DNA of 63,173 nucleotides, counting the filler, from Candidatus Woesearchaeota archaeon (GTDB taxonomy: Archaea; Nanobdellota; Nanobdellia; Pacearchaeales; UBA284), in the NCBI GenBank assembly GCA_964354405.1. It is 27 parts of 27 records of this genome, joined end to end, with 100 filler letters (N's around TTAATTAATTAA, not from the genome) between each part and the next. Parts side by side here need not be neighbours in the genome. Positions count along the whole stretch, not along the records: positions 1 to 5,549 come from CAYGZP010000011.1; positions 5,650 to 10,768 come from CAYGZP010000012.1; 25 more parts are not named here. One strand, given 5' to 3'. The translations under genes and the position numbers were made by a program. Positions 1-10,225 of the stretch are shown piece after piece. Below the pieces are notes generated by a model. That model saw only the letters and a list, made by a program, of their open reading frames with translations, made no database searches and was not told where the DNA came from. The first letter of the stretch is position 1, and the number at the start of each line of letters is the position of its first letter.

Positions 1-31
1 AAAAGTCTTTACAATTGAGATTTTTAGGGAT

Positions 32-403
32 TTGGCAAAGATGGCGCGCAAGAACATTGTGAAATTGATAAGAGCAAACAAAAAATTAAAGTTAAAAGTC
101 AAGGTTATCGGAGGAGATGCGCTTCAAAGGAAAGGAGAGACATGGAAACACAAATATGATAGGATTTATTTTACTGCAAGTGTTGAACAAAGCAAGATTG
201 AGGATGTAAAAAAAATGGCCCGATTTCTTTTGAAAGACAAGGGACTTTTGCTCTATCCCACCCGGGAGGCATGGGATTATGGCGCTTTGGAACTTTGGGA
301 AAAAAATGGCAAGGAATTGAAACTTTTGCTGCGCGAAACTGGCTATGCGTTCGTTCCGCTGCTGCGCAGGCAGGAGTTAGAAGAATTATACAGCAAGGGA
401 TGA
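32..403 (+). CDS. Hypothetical protein, possibly the C-terminal part of a methyltransferase-like fold (may be 5'-truncated)
   Basis: Open frame; GDA...YDRIYFTAS resembles class I SAM-methyltransferase motifs; weak. Confidence 0.35.
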   Translation: MAKMARKNIVKLIRANKKLKLKVKVIGGDALQRKGETWKHKYDRIYFTASVEQSKIEDVKKMARFLLKDKGLLLYPTREAWDYGALELWEKNGKELKLLLRETGYAFVPLLRRQELEELYSKG

Positions 404-592
404 TTTTTTGTGGTTTATCGTCGGAAATATCGCGATTTCTGCAACTTTGTTACTGATTGGTTGAAACTTTTTTAAAACAGCGAAAGGTTTATAAAGAAAA
501 GTATATGCTGTAAAATAACCTTTATAAAACAATAATTAAATTTTAAAAAATTTAATCAAAATTTTATAATAGGGCGGGGTGAGGGGAAATAA

Positions 593-868
593 TTGAAAAT
601 GATTAAGGATGCATTTAACACGTTCTTTAGAAAGAAACCAGCATTGATTCTAATTGCACTGAGAAAAAATACGCGGGCGCGCTATGGAAGCTTGCTTGCT
701 AAAGAGGTTGACTGTACTTACAGTCATGCTGTGAAGATTTTGCAGAGCCTGGAAAAGTTCGGTTTGGTTGCTTTTGAGAAAAAAGGCAGAATAAAGCTTA
801 TCAAATTGACTAACAAAGGCCAGGATGTTGCAGAATCCATACAAAAGATAAAGGATGTATTTAATTAA
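593..868 (+). CDS. Winged helix-turn-helix transcriptional regulator (archaeal type)
   Basis: YGSLLAKEVDCTYSHAVKIL..LEKFGLV..EKKGRIKLIKLTNKG wHTH signature; TATA-like TTTATAAA upstream. Confidence 0.85.
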   Translation: MKMIKDAFNTFFRKKPALILIALRKNTRARYGSLLAKEVDCTYSHAVKILQSLEKFGLVAFEKKGRIKLIKLTNKGQDVAESIQKIKDVFN

Positions 869-1027
869 ATTGTAATATGGATTGATGATAAGAGTTAATC
901 TGATTTAATCGGATTTTGATTCTTGTCAAAAATCACAGAAAACTTTAAAAGCAAGTTCACTTTTAAATTACTATAATAATAGTAAAATAATAGTAAAAAG
1001 ATATTAAAAATAAATAAAAAACAAAAA

Positions 1028-2914
1028 ATGAATAAAAATTTTATTTTTGGCGCGTTATTGGTGTTTATTTTAGCTTTAGTTGTCTTGGGAAGCGCAACTA
1101 TAACAAGTGTAACTCTAAACTCGCCAGCGAACAATGTATGGACTAACAGCATTTCACATGTTTTTAATTTCAGAGCGATTAGCGACTCTGATCCAACTTT
1201 CTCTTGTGATTTAGTTGTTGATGGGACCCCCAGGGCAAATAATCCAACTGTTGCTAATAATACTAATACTGACATAAGCCCGATGATTGGGTTACCCCAG
1301 GGCAAGCATGATTGGAAGATAACTTGCAGGGATTCTTCCGGCGTAGATAAAGACAGCGCTACAAGAACTTTGTATATAGATACAACTGATCCTAATGTTA
1401 CATTGATTGACCCAGAGGATGACTATAACTCAAGCTCAACTTCTGTTGATTTTAAGTTTAAAGTTACAGATAATTTAGACACTTCTCTTGATTGCAAACT
1501 TTATGTTGATGGCGATGAGGAAAAGAGCGGAACTGTCAGCAATGACAGTCAGACTACATGGACTGTGATAGTTTCAAGAGATACTCATAACTGGCAAGTC
1601 AAGTGTGAGGATAATGCGGGCAATGAAGGCTCAAGTGCAACGTGGGGCTTTGAAATCAGAGAGGTTAATTATTGCGAGGAAGGAGAGGTTGGAGACGGGC
1701 TAACTCTTACAGTTGAAGAGCCTGATGAAAATGATGAGTTCAGTGCTGGAGAGAACATCTCTGTTAAAGTAACTGTTGAAAACACTGCTGGCGAGGATTT
1801 AGAGGTTGTGATTAAAGCTGAATTGTATGATGTTCAAGAAGAAGACACTGTCTCGACATCAAGATATGATACTGAAATAGCAGAGGATGATGAGAAAACT
1901 TACACGCTTCAATTGAAGGTTCCAACAACTATTGATCCTGATGATGATTTTGTTGTCAATGTCAAAGTTTACGAGGATGGCAATGAGGACATGGAATGCA
2001 AAGAGGACAGCATCAATGTTGATATCACTCAAGAAAGCCATAAGATTGTCATAAGCTCGTTTTCATTGAATCCAATAACAGTTGAATGCGGCGATGCTTT
2101 CAGCGCAAGCTTAAAGATAGAAAATGTCGGCGAAAACGACGAGAGTGTCAAGATAACTGTCAAGAACAGCGAATTGAAAGTTGATTCTATCAAAACATTG
2201 AACTTGGACTCGGGCGATGATTATTCAGAGACATTGAACTTCAATGTCCCTTCAAATGCTTCTGAAAAAGATTACAGCATTGTCATGACTGTTTATTACG
2301 ATGAGAATGATGATGTTTATGACAAAACAGTGAGCGATACTGCAACATTGACTGTACATGGCGGATGTTCAGCTCCTGAAACAAAAGATGTCTCGATAAG
2401 TCAGCAGCAGATAAGCGAGGCTTTCAACGGCAAAGAGTTCATAATTAAAGTTAATGTTATTAACACAGGAACAGTTGAGACAACTTACACTATCAATGCT
2501 TCTAACTATGAGAGTTGGGCCACTCTTGCGAGAATAGAGCCTTCAACTATAACTCTTAATGGCGGCTCAAGCGGATATGCTTATGTGACTTTAGTTCCAT
2601 TGGCGAATGCTTCTGGCGCAAACACCTTGAAAATTAAAGTTACTTTTGGAACAACAACTAAAGAAGAGATTGTTACTGTAACGGTTAAGCAGCAATCAAC
2701 TGCTGCTTCACTCTTTGAGCAGCTAGGATTTTGGCTTAGGGGAAATTGGAAATGGGCGATTGTTGATATTTTACTTGTCGTGGCTGTTGTTGCATTGTTT
2801 GTAGTTTTCTTGAGACACAGGGCGCGAACAAGAAGGATGTCAGGTCAGGATATTTCTACAATTCGAGTTAGGACAATCAACGAAAAAGATTTTAGAAAAG
2901 CAAAAAAGAAATAA
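1028..2914 (+). CDS. Putative S-layer/surface glycoprotein with Ig-like (CARDB-like) repeats
   Basis: N-terminal signal peptide, acidic beta-rich repeats, many NxS/T sequons, C-terminal TM helix with basic tail. Confidence 0.75.
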   Translation: MNKNFIFGALLVFILALVVLGSATITSVTLNSPANNVWTNSISHVFNFRAISDSDPTFSCDLVVDGTPRANNPTVANNTNTDISPMIGLPQGKHDWKITCRDSSGVDKDSATRTLYIDTTDPNVTLIDPEDDYNSSSTSVDFKFKVTDNLDTSLDCKLYVDGDEEKSGTVSNDSQTTWTVIVSRDTHNWQVKCEDNAGNEGSSATWGFEIREVNYCEEGEVGDGLTLTVEEPDENDEFSAGENISVKVTVENTAGEDLEVVIKAELYDVQEEDTVSTSRYDTEIAEDDEKTYTLQLKVPTTIDPDDDFVVNVKVYEDGNEDMECKEDSINVDITQESHKIVISSFSLNPITVECGDAFSASLKIENVGENDESVKITVKNSELKVDSIKTLNLDSGDDYSETLNFNVPSNASEKDYSIVMTVYYDENDDVYDKTVSDTATLTVHGGCSAPETKDVSISQQQISEAFNGKEFIIKVNVINTGTVETTYTINASNYESWATLARIEPSTITLNGGSSGYAYVTLVPLANASGANTLKIKVTFGTTTKEEIVTVTVKQQSTAASLFEQLGFWLRGNWKWAIVDILLVVAVVALFVVFLRHRARTRRMSGQDISTIRVRTINEKDFRKAKKK

Positions 2915-2974
2915 GAAATAAGCTCATCTAAAACCAATGACAAGGTTTTTAAAATCCTGAACATAATTCTTTAA

Positions 2975-4516
2975 ATGGCACATGAAAACGAGGTTGAAAG
3001 CATTATATTGACTTTGAGTCCTTTAGAAAGACAGGTTCTTCCTCTATTGAAATTGGGTGATGTTGACAAAATCGCGGAAGAGACAAAATTAACTGATACA
3101 GGTGTAAAGCGCGCGATAAAGTTCTTGGAATCAAAAAATCTCGTTAAAGTCAAAGCAGAAAAAAAGAATGTTGTTGATTTGGATGTCAATGGAATTCTCT
3201 ATCTGAAGAAAAACCTTCCTGAGAGAAATCTGCTCAATACATTGATGGAAGCTGGTGAGTCATTGAGCCTGGAAGAAGCCAAGAAGAAGAGCGAGCTGAG
3301 CGATAATGAGTTTATGATTGCTTTGGGGGTTCTGAAAGACAAAGCATTTGTCAATGTCTCTGCAAATAAAATCGAATTAAAAGCCAGCAAAGAAGAAGTC
3401 ACCAAAAAGTTCTTGGAAGAAAAGTTCCTTGAGGCATTGCCTTTGGAAAAGAGCGAGCTGAGCGAGGAGCAAAAATTCTGTTATGACAAACTTAAGGCAA
3501 GAAAGAAAATTATTCAAGCCAGCGAGGAGCAAGAGCTTGAGTTTGAAATCACCGAGCTTGGCTCAAGAGTTCTTGAAGAGATTCCGAAGTTCAAACACGA
3601 CTTGATTGAACAAGTTACTCCGGAAATGCTGTTGAAGGGCTCATGGCAGGGCAAGAGATTCAGGCATTATGATATCCAAAGCAAAGTTCCTGACTTGTAT
3701 GGAGGAAAAAGACATTTTGTCAATCAGGCAATAAGTTATGGAAGAAAAATATGGACTGATATGGGTTTCACAGAGATGCAAGGAACTCTCGCGCAAACTG
3801 CTTTCTGGAATTTCGATGCGCTGTTCACTGCGCAAGATCATCCTGTGCGAGAGATGCAGGACACTTTCTATATTCAAGGCATCTCGGGAAAGCTGCCTGA
3901 GAAAGCTCTTGTTGAGAAAGTCAAGAAGGCTCATGAAAAAGGAGTGGAAGGAAGCAAAGGATGGAATTATAAGTGGAAAGAGGAAGAGGCAAAAAAAGTT
4001 GTCTTGAGGACGCATACAACTTGCCTGTCTGCAGCCACATTATCTAAACTTGCATCGCTGAAGGGAAAGGAAAAGAAAGGAAAATTCTTCGCGATTGGAA
4101 AATGTTTCAGAAATGAGACAGTTGACTGGAGCCACGGCTTTGAGTTTAATCAGACAGAAGGAATTGTGATTGATAAAAACGCGAATTTCAAGCATCTTCT
4201 TGGCTATCTAAAAGAATTTTTTAGAAAAATGGGGCATGAGAAGATTAAATTCCGCCCAAGTTACTTTCCTTACACTGAGCCTTCTCTAGAGATTGATGTT
4301 TTTGTTCCTGAAAAGAACAAATGGATGGAGTTAGGGGGCGCTGGAATCCTGCGCCCAGAAGTTGTTGTTCCTTTACTTGGAGAATGGGTGCCTGTCTTGG
4401 CATGGGGCCCGGGATTCGACAGAATCATCATGGATTATTATGAAATCAAGGACTTGAGAGATATGTATAAAAATGATTTAAATCAGCTGAGAAAAATTAA
4501 GGTTTGGATAAAATGA
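2975..4516 (+). CDS. pheS: Phenylalanine--tRNA ligase alpha subunit (archaeal type, N-terminal wHTH domains)
   Basis: FWNFDALF..QDHPVREMQDTF, LRTHTT, FRNETVDWSH..EFNQ, YFPYTEPS, ELGGAG. Confidence 0.97.
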   Translation: MAHENEVESIILTLSPLERQVLPLLKLGDVDKIAEETKLTDTGVKRAIKFLESKNLVKVKAEKKNVVDLDVNGILYLKKNLPERNLLNTLMEAGESLSLEEAKKKSELSDNEFMIALGVLKDKAFVNVSANKIELKASKEEVTKKFLEEKFLEALPLEKSELSEEQKFCYDKLKARKKIIQASEEQELEFEITELGSRVLEEIPKFKHDLIEQVTPEMLLKGSWQGKRFRHYDIQSKVPDLYGGKRHFVNQAISYGRKIWTDMGFTEMQGTLAQTAFWNFDALFTAQDHPVREMQDTFYIQGISGKLPEKALVEKVKKAHEKGVEGSKGWNYKWKEEEAKKVVLRTHTTCLSAATLSKLASLKGKEKKGKFFAIGKCFRNETVDWSHGFEFNQTEGIVIDKNANFKHLLGYLKEFFRKMGHEKIKFRPSYFPYTEPSLEIDVFVPEKNKWMELGGAGILRPEVVVPLLGEWVPVLAWGPGFDRIIMDYYEIKDLRDMYKNDLNQLRKIKVWIK

Positions 4517-4869
4517 AAGAATCACAAGATAAAGTAAAAAAATTTAATGAAGAAAGAAACTGGGGAAAAGTCTGGGAAATAAAGGACTTATTGTTAAATA
4601 TGAATGAGGAAATTGGAGAATTTTGGCACATAATTAAATGGGTTGATGAAGAAAAGCAAAAAAAATTAATAGAGGAAAATAAAAGTGAGGCAGGGAATTT
4701 TGTAGGCGATATGTCTTATTTATTATTAAAAATAGCTGCAATTTGCGGAGTAAACTCAGAGGAAGAATTAAATAAGGTTTTAGAGGAATATGAAAGAAGA
4801 TTCCCTATAGAAAAAATAAAAAAAGTTAAGCACGCGAATAAACTGGCAGGAGGCGTTGACGATAAATAA
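4513..4869 (+). CDS. MazG-like all-alpha nucleotide pyrophosphohydrolase
   Basis: F.EERNW...KDLLLNMNEEIGE...VGD..Y pattern; ATGA overlap with the pheS stop. Confidence 0.75.
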   Translation: MKESQDKVKKFNEERNWGKVWEIKDLLLNMNEEIGEFWHIIKWVDEEKQKKLIEENKSEAGNFVGDMSYLLLKIAAICGVNSEEELNKVLEEYERRFPIEKIKKVKHANKLAGGVDDK

Positions 4870-4870
4870 A

Positions 4871-5549
4871 ATGGCACTCGTAAAATTTTCAAGGAAAGAA
4901 TTCGAGAAGTTTGTGAAGATTGACAAAAAGATTGAGGAGAAGATAGTGATGTTTGGAACTCCTATTGAATCTTTAGATGATAATGAGATTGCTCTCGAGG
5001 TTTTTCCTAACCGCCCTGAATTGCTCTCTTTGCATGGTTATGCTCGCGCGTTCCTGGCATTCTTGGGCAAGAAAACTGGATTGAAACAATATAAAGTGAA
5101 CAAGCCCGAAGCAAAATATGAAGTCAAGATAGATCATTCTGTGCGAGAGGTTAGGCCTTACACAGCATGTGCAATTGTGAAGAATCTGAAGTTCAATGAT
5201 GAGATTATCAAAGAGGTTATTGATATCCAGGAGAAGATTCATGCGACTCTTGGAAGAAACCGGAAGAAAATTGCCATCGGCATTTATCCTCTTGAAAAAT
5301 TAAAGCTGCCAATCAAGTTTGAGGCAAGAAAACCACAAGACATTAAGTTCATGCCTCTTGAATCCTCGCGTGAGATGACTGGCACACAGATATTGGAACA
5401 GCATCCGATAGGGCGCGAGTACGCTCATTTATTACAAGGGGCAAAAAAATATCCTGTGTTTGTAGATGCTTCAGGAGAGATATTAAGCATGCCTCCGATA
5501 ATCAACTCGCACAAGACAGGAAAAATAACTGACAAGACAAAAGATATTT
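4871..5549 (+). CDS. pheT: Phenylalanine--tRNA ligase beta subunit (3'-truncated)
   Basis: EVFPNRPELLS, VRPY, QEKIHATLGRNRKKIAIG, LSMPPIINS (B3/B4 domain). Confidence 0.95.
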
Positions 5550-5649
5550 NNNNNNNNNNNNNNNNNNNNNNNNNNNNNNNNNNNNNNNNNNNNTTAATTA
5601 ATTAANNNNNNNNNNNNNNNNNNNNNNNNNNNNNNNNNNNNNNNNNNNN
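5550..5649. other. Artificial contig spacer N44-TTAATTAATTAA-N44 (first of 26; last at 61807-61906)
   Basis: Same 100-nt spacer recurs, with stops in all six frames; base composition changes abruptly across each one. Confidence 0.98.
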
Positions 5650-5726
5650 GAAATCTAATCCGTATGCATCTCGAGGATTATCGGCATTTTAATTTTTTTT
5701 AGTTTATAATCTTGATATAAACTAAA

Positions 5727-5954
5727 ATGGCTTTCAGAAGTAAATTTCACATCGGTGCAACAAAAACCGATATTTATAACGCACTGCATCCGGAACAATA
5801 TCTTCGTCTTGATTCTGATATCATCGGTAATAAATGGATAGAAATAAAATCTGATAGTACCATTATACACGATGAATATAATCCAAAAGTATACGTACAG
5901 AATCAACTCCCAGCAGGGGACGCAGCTCTCATCCGGACTGACGACAAACACTAA
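5727..5954 (+). CDS. Hypothetical viral protein
   Basis: ATG after AT-rich promoter-like motif; overlaps the next ORF by 83 nt. Confidence 0.45.
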   Translation: MAFRSKFHIGATKTDIYNALHPEQYLRLDSDIIGNKWIEIKSDSTIIHDEYNPKVYVQNQLPAGDAALIRTDDKH

Positions 5955-6954
5955 CTTCCCGCTTAGCCAAATTGTTAATCTCATCTCCGTTGGCGGGATG
6001 TTCCAGCTACGATGTCACGGAATTACCATCCCATTCAGCTTTTATCAGATGTCCAGCGATATTAACACTCTTACTTGCATTTTTACCGACGCTTTCGGTA
6101 ATACCAAAACTAGCTCTATCACTCTAACTGCCGGAAACTATACTTGCTCCAGTATCCTTACCGAATTGCAAACCCGCCTCGTCGCCGCTGCTGCTATCTC
6201 TAGCGGCTTGTACGTCGGTTTTGTCCTAGGTTGTTCTTTTAGCTACAGTTCCGGAACTGGTAAATCTATTCTCGCAATTACCAATGCCGCTCCCGTTAGT
6301 GTTCAAATTAATTTTGCTAGTAATCTTAACGCTGGATTGTTTTTTGGATTTTCTACTAATCAAGTTATCGCTCTCGCCACTCCTAGAACAAGCACTCAAG
6401 TCGCAGTCGCCAATCCTGTTTCTTATCTATTGCTACGTTGTAGTAATCTGAAACAGTTTAATAACAGAGAATTTATTACATCCCCCGATATCTTTTCCGA
6501 TGTCATTTATAGAATTCCAATCGTCACCAATCAAGGCACATGGATACAGTACCTACTCGCTTCTGAACCTGTTTTTATTGCTAATAATAGCATTACTAAT
6601 TATACATTTTACCTTACGACTAACTTAACTACGTCTCCTATTGATTTACAAGGATTGTTTTACTCTTTCCAGTTTACCGTTGATGAAGTTGCTCATCCGA
6701 AATATGAATCTCTTAATGCTGCTCGTTTTGCCAATCAAACCACTCTCGGCGAAGACAGAGATTTACAAGAGCTTATTCGTCAGCGAGACGCCGAGATTGA
6801 ACGCCTTAAAGTCTACCAGAAAAAACTAATTAAGGATGACGAACCGAAGCGGAAAACATTAGACGAGGCATTAGCTGATATTGAACAAAGCGTAATAGGT
6901 GGTACTCGTGGCGATTTCGCTCAACCCGCTCCAGCCGGTGGTAACGTATTCTAA
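5872..6954 (+). CDS. Putative minor capsid (penton) protein, PLV-type
   Basis: INS..G, IPFSFYQ, ITLTAGNY, GLFFGF, YLLLRCSNL, SDVIYRIPI, IDLQGL.YSF pattern typical of PLV/NCLDV single-jelly-roll pentons. Confidence 0.7.
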   Translation: MNIIQKYTYRINSQQGTQLSSGLTTNTNFPLSQIVNLISVGGMFQLRCHGITIPFSFYQMSSDINTLTCIFTDAFGNTKTSSITLTAGNYTCSSILTELQTRLVAAAAISSGLYVGFVLGCSFSYSSGTGKSILAITNAAPVSVQINFASNLNAGLFFGFSTNQVIALATPRTSTQVAVANPVSYLLLRCSNLKQFNNREFITSPDIFSDVIYRIPIVTNQGTWIQYLLASEPVFIANNSITNYTFYLTTNLTTSPIDLQGLFYSFQFTVDEVAHPKYESLNAARFANQTTLGEDRDLQELIRQRDAEIERLKVYQKKLIKDDEPKRKTLDEALADIEQSVIGGTRGDFAQPAPAGGNVF

Positions 6955-6978
6955 TTTTATTATATTGACTATAGTAAA

Positions 6979-7362
6979 ATGTTCTACCACAACGACAAAG
7001 GTCGCCGAATAAACCTCCTGAACACTCGTCCGCGCAATCTATCCGCGGGTGGTATTATTACCGGTAATCCTCCCGCTAAAGATAAGTACGAAGATACTGT
7101 ATACAGCAAGTTAGAATATGGCTCTCTCGTCGTTCCCGTACCGGTTATGCGGTCCGGTATTATGGATAAGTATAAAGGTCCCATTACCGGTCCAAAACAA
7201 CATGACCCTACAAAACTAGGAGATACGATTGTTATGCCTAAAGAGCTAGTTGTTCATAAAGACCATGCCGATAAAGTAGAGAATTTTCTAAAAAAACACG
7301 GAATTACATTACCATTACCAAAAGATTTTGATGTTAGTAATGTAATAAAAATAAAATCTTGA
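6979..7362 (+). CDS. Hypothetical viral protein with internally duplicated DT(V/I)...(LV)VP/VH motif
   Basis: AGGIITG...DTVYSKLEYGSLVVP and ITGP...DTIVMPKELVVH. Confidence 0.6.
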   Translation: MFYHNDKGRRINLLNTRPRNLSAGGIITGNPPAKDKYEDTVYSKLEYGSLVVPVPVMRSGIMDKYKGPITGPKQHDPTKLGDTIVMPKELVVHKDHADKVENFLKKHGITLPLPKDFDVSNVIKIKS

Positions 7363-7382
7363 CATAGTACAAACAACCGAAA

Positions 7383-7868
7383 ATAGTGCTAGTTCAAGTG
7401 TTAATTAATAATACGTCTAACGGTGGCGTTAATGCTTCTCCTACTGGCTCTTATTACACTATTCCTATCAGCGGTAAATGCTCTGTCCGCGTACTACACG
7501 TTCAATTTCATTCTTCTGTAGCAGCTAGTGTTAATCAAGTACTCCGACTACAATCGGATGCTCTCATTGCTAATTATTCTCCGTTGAAATTTATTACTTT
7601 TATGAATAACGGGCAGTCTAGTACTAACTTTGATTCTAGTTACCGAGAATACCATTTCCAAAACGTCGTTCTAAACGGAAATATTTTTTTCAAGTTAGAA
7701 GTTGTCTCTGGAACTACGTTATATGGAGCTAATAATGATGCTATTGTACCTGCTGCTGGAACGTATAGCTGCCTTCTTACACTTGAGGTAGAATACATCA
7801 ATAAACAGTTTGATTCGGTAAACGAGTCAGCTCAGCCTTCTTCCAAAACTGCCGGTTCGCTATATTAA
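7383..7868 (+). CDS. Beta-rich hypothetical viral structural protein; no ATG at the expected start
   Basis: 160-codon frame fills the gap between neighbouring genes; begins ATA-GTG-CTA. Confidence 0.55.
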   Translation: MVLVQVLINNTSNGGVNASPTGSYYTIPISGKCSVRVLHVQFHSSVAASVNQVLRLQSDALIANYSPLKFITFMNNGQSSTNFDSSYREYHFQNVVLNGNIFFKLEVVSGTTLYGANNDAIVPAAGTYSCLLTLEVEYINKQFDSVNESAQPSSKTAGSLY

Positions 7869-7908
7869 TTCCGGTGTAAATTATTTTTATCTTGTGTACA
7901 CTGTACTC

Positions 7909-8091
7909 ATGATACGTCGTCCACGCGGTCATTTTAGTACCTCCTCATTTATCCTTGATAAAGAACAAGTCCTCATGCCTGAGCCTATCCTTGAAATCGT
8001 CGCTCAACCCCAACATACCGGATTGGAAAAACCAAAACCTATCAATCCGTACGAAGACCGTAAAAAAAAAAGTAAATATCAACGGGGTTGA
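7909..8091 (+). CDS. Small basic hypothetical protein
   Basis: ATG at 7909 preceded by the same TATCTTG..GTAC motif as neighbouring genes. Confidence 0.4.
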   Translation: MIRRPRGHFSTSSFILDKEQVLMPEPILEIVAQPQHTGLEKPKPINPYEDRKKKSKYQRG

Positions 8092-8158
8092 ATTTCTACA
8101 AATTTCTTTTTTTGAAAAAAAAAATTTTTTTCTGTTGGTATTCTAAACAATATAATTC

Positions 8159-9448
8159 ATGAGCTCACACACAGTCGGCTATTCTCAGCAATACGTTCTA
8201 CCCGCTTCTCAGGACGCCGTTCCCGAGGCGTTTCGTTCCAACCGTATGGCAAAGCCGATTAACTGCTCCATGCAGACCGTCAACGTCCCTGCTTTGACCG
8301 GTAATGCGTCCAACTCTGGTACGTCCGTCATTCAGGTTCCGTGCGGCGCTTCCGCTGGTATCATGTGCAACCCTTATATCCGTTTCGCGTTTCAGGCCAC
8401 CGGCCCAACTGGTGTAGCTACTTCCGCGTTCAAGTTCAAGGGTGCGACGAACTCAGGCACGGCTCTCATTAATCGCGTTGCTACCTATGTTAACTCGGTG
8501 CAGGTTGACAATATCCAGAACGCCGACCAGGTGTACGACCAGCTGTTCGCCCACTCTACCTCGTACGATTGGCTCTCTCACGATGCTACCCAATTGATGT
8601 ATTCCGATGCCACGTTCGCTTACGGCGCTGTCACGGCGTCTGGTACGGCTCACATGTGCGTCCCGCTCATTGGTCTCCTTGGTTCTCAACAGGCTATGCC
8701 GTTGTACCTCATTAACGGTCAGCTTCAGGTTCAGATTGACTGGAACTCGGCGGCTCGTGCGCTGTTTGATAACGTCGGTGCCGCTGCCACGAACATCACG
8801 GGCTTCACCATTTCTTCCGTTCAGCTCGTGTACGACCGCGTTCAGCCGGAACAGGCCTTTATTGACCACGTTCGCTCTCAGATGATGAGCGGTCAGAAGT
8901 ACGTGTTCGGCTACACCAACTACCAATGCACGACTCTGGCCTCTGCCGCAAATAGCACGTTTAACTACGGTCTGAACGTGTCATCTCTCCGTGGTGTAAT
9001 CGCTAACCAAGTCGCAACTGCTGATTTGTCGGCTATTACCAGCGAGGGTAAATCCGTTTACAACGGTCTTTCACAGTTCTCGGTTCAGCTTGACGGCCGC
9101 CTGATTTCGTCTCTGACTCTTGATGCTACGACCGCCCCGGCTGTTGCGTTTGCCGAGTTGCAGAAGTCGCAATCCCGTATCTTTGATGCCTCCATCACGG
9201 ATTTGGTTTCTGCTACCGCTGTTGCCGTAAACAACTCAATTACCTCTACCTATTGGACAGAGGCATTTGCAGTGGGTCAAAGTTGCCAACGCGTCAACGA
9301 GGGCTTGGCATTCTCTGGTTCGCCGGTGTCTGTTGTTACGTTGAGTCTGTCATCTGCTAACTCGGCTGCATGCACGTTGTTCGTTGTGTTTATTTCTGAC
9401 ATGCAAGTCCTTATTGATAGCTCTGGAAGTATTGAGATAGTGCGCTGA
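8159..9448 (+). CDS. Major capsid protein, polinton-like virus type (double jelly-roll)
   Basis: 429 aa, Ala/Ser/Thr and beta-rich; ALINRV..YVNSVQVDNIQN, CVPLIGLLG, AMPLYLI.G.LQVQIDW; biased, GC-richer codon usage; near the penton gene. Confidence 0.75.
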   Translation: MSSHTVGYSQQYVLPASQDAVPEAFRSNRMAKPINCSMQTVNVPALTGNASNSGTSVIQVPCGASAGIMCNPYIRFAFQATGPTGVATSAFKFKGATNSGTALINRVATYVNSVQVDNIQNADQVYDQLFAHSTSYDWLSHDATQLMYSDATFAYGAVTASGTAHMCVPLIGLLGSQQAMPLYLINGQLQVQIDWNSAARALFDNVGAAATNITGFTISSVQLVYDRVQPEQAFIDHVRSQMMSGQKYVFGYTNYQCTTLASAANSTFNYGLNVSSLRGVIANQVATADLSAITSEGKSVYNGLSQFSVQLDGRLISSLTLDATTAPAVAFAELQKSQSRIFDASITDLVSATAVAVNNSITSTYWTEAFAVGQSCQRVNEGLAFSGSPVSVVTLSLSSANSAACTLFVVFISDMQVLIDSSGSIEIVR

Positions 9449-9514
9449 TATTGAATAATAATAATTCTATTAAAAAATGAAAATTAAAATTTAAACGTAT
9501 GCTATTCATAAAGA

Positions 9515-10201
9515 ATGTCATACGGATTTGTTTATAAAATTGTATCGGAAAAAGGTAATATGGTATATATTGGTTCTACTTCAGATTTAACTAACCGATG
9601 GAAAAGACACGTTGAACATTATTCATCTGATAAAAGAGGTACAACAGCTGAACTATTATTTGATGAATATGGTATTGATAATTGTTCGCTAGAGGTAATT
9701 GAAATGGTAAAGTATAAAGAAAAGAAAGAATTATACGAACGAGAAGAATATTGGATTAAAAATACTCCAGAAGAAACTCTTATTAAACTTGAAGTTAATA
9801 CTCCGGAAGAAATTCTTATTAAGCCAAAAGTTGTTAATAAAAAAAATCCTACTCCTTTTACCGAAGAACGTGCTAAGGAAAGTAAACGAGCATATTACGA
9901 AAAGAATAAAGATACAGAAGAATATAAGCAACGGACGCATGAGAGTTCGGTTCGCTATATGGAATCGCATCGTGAAGAACAACGTGAAAAAGCACGAAAA
10001 TACGCTGAAGAAAATCCTGAAAAGATAAAGGAAAGCAATAAAATTCAGTATCAAAAAATAAAACAGAACCAAGAACGGTATCAAGCTAGAATGGCACGTA
10101 TACTAGAATGGGTTACATGTGAATGCGGAACGAAAGTTCAACGTGGTAATTTATCTCGCCATAAGAAGTCTAACGTCCATCAAGCTTTTTTACAAAAATA
10201 A
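9515..10201 (+). CDS. GIY-YIG endonuclease with C-terminal zinc finger
   Basis: GFVYKI...VYIGST...RW..H, EREEYWI, CECG...RHKKSNVH. Confidence 0.88.
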   Translation: MSYGFVYKIVSEKGNMVYIGSTSDLTNRWKRHVEHYSSDKRGTTAELLFDEYGIDNCSLEVIEMVKYKEKKELYEREEYWIKNTPEETLIKLEVNTPEEILIKPKVVNKKNPTPFTEERAKESKRAYYEKNKDTEEYKQRTHESSVRYMESHREEQREKARKYAEENPEKIKESNKIQYQKIKQNQERYQARMARILEWVTCECGTKVQRGNLSRHKKSNVHQAFLQK

Positions 10202-10225
10202 GTTATATTTATCTATTCGTAATAG

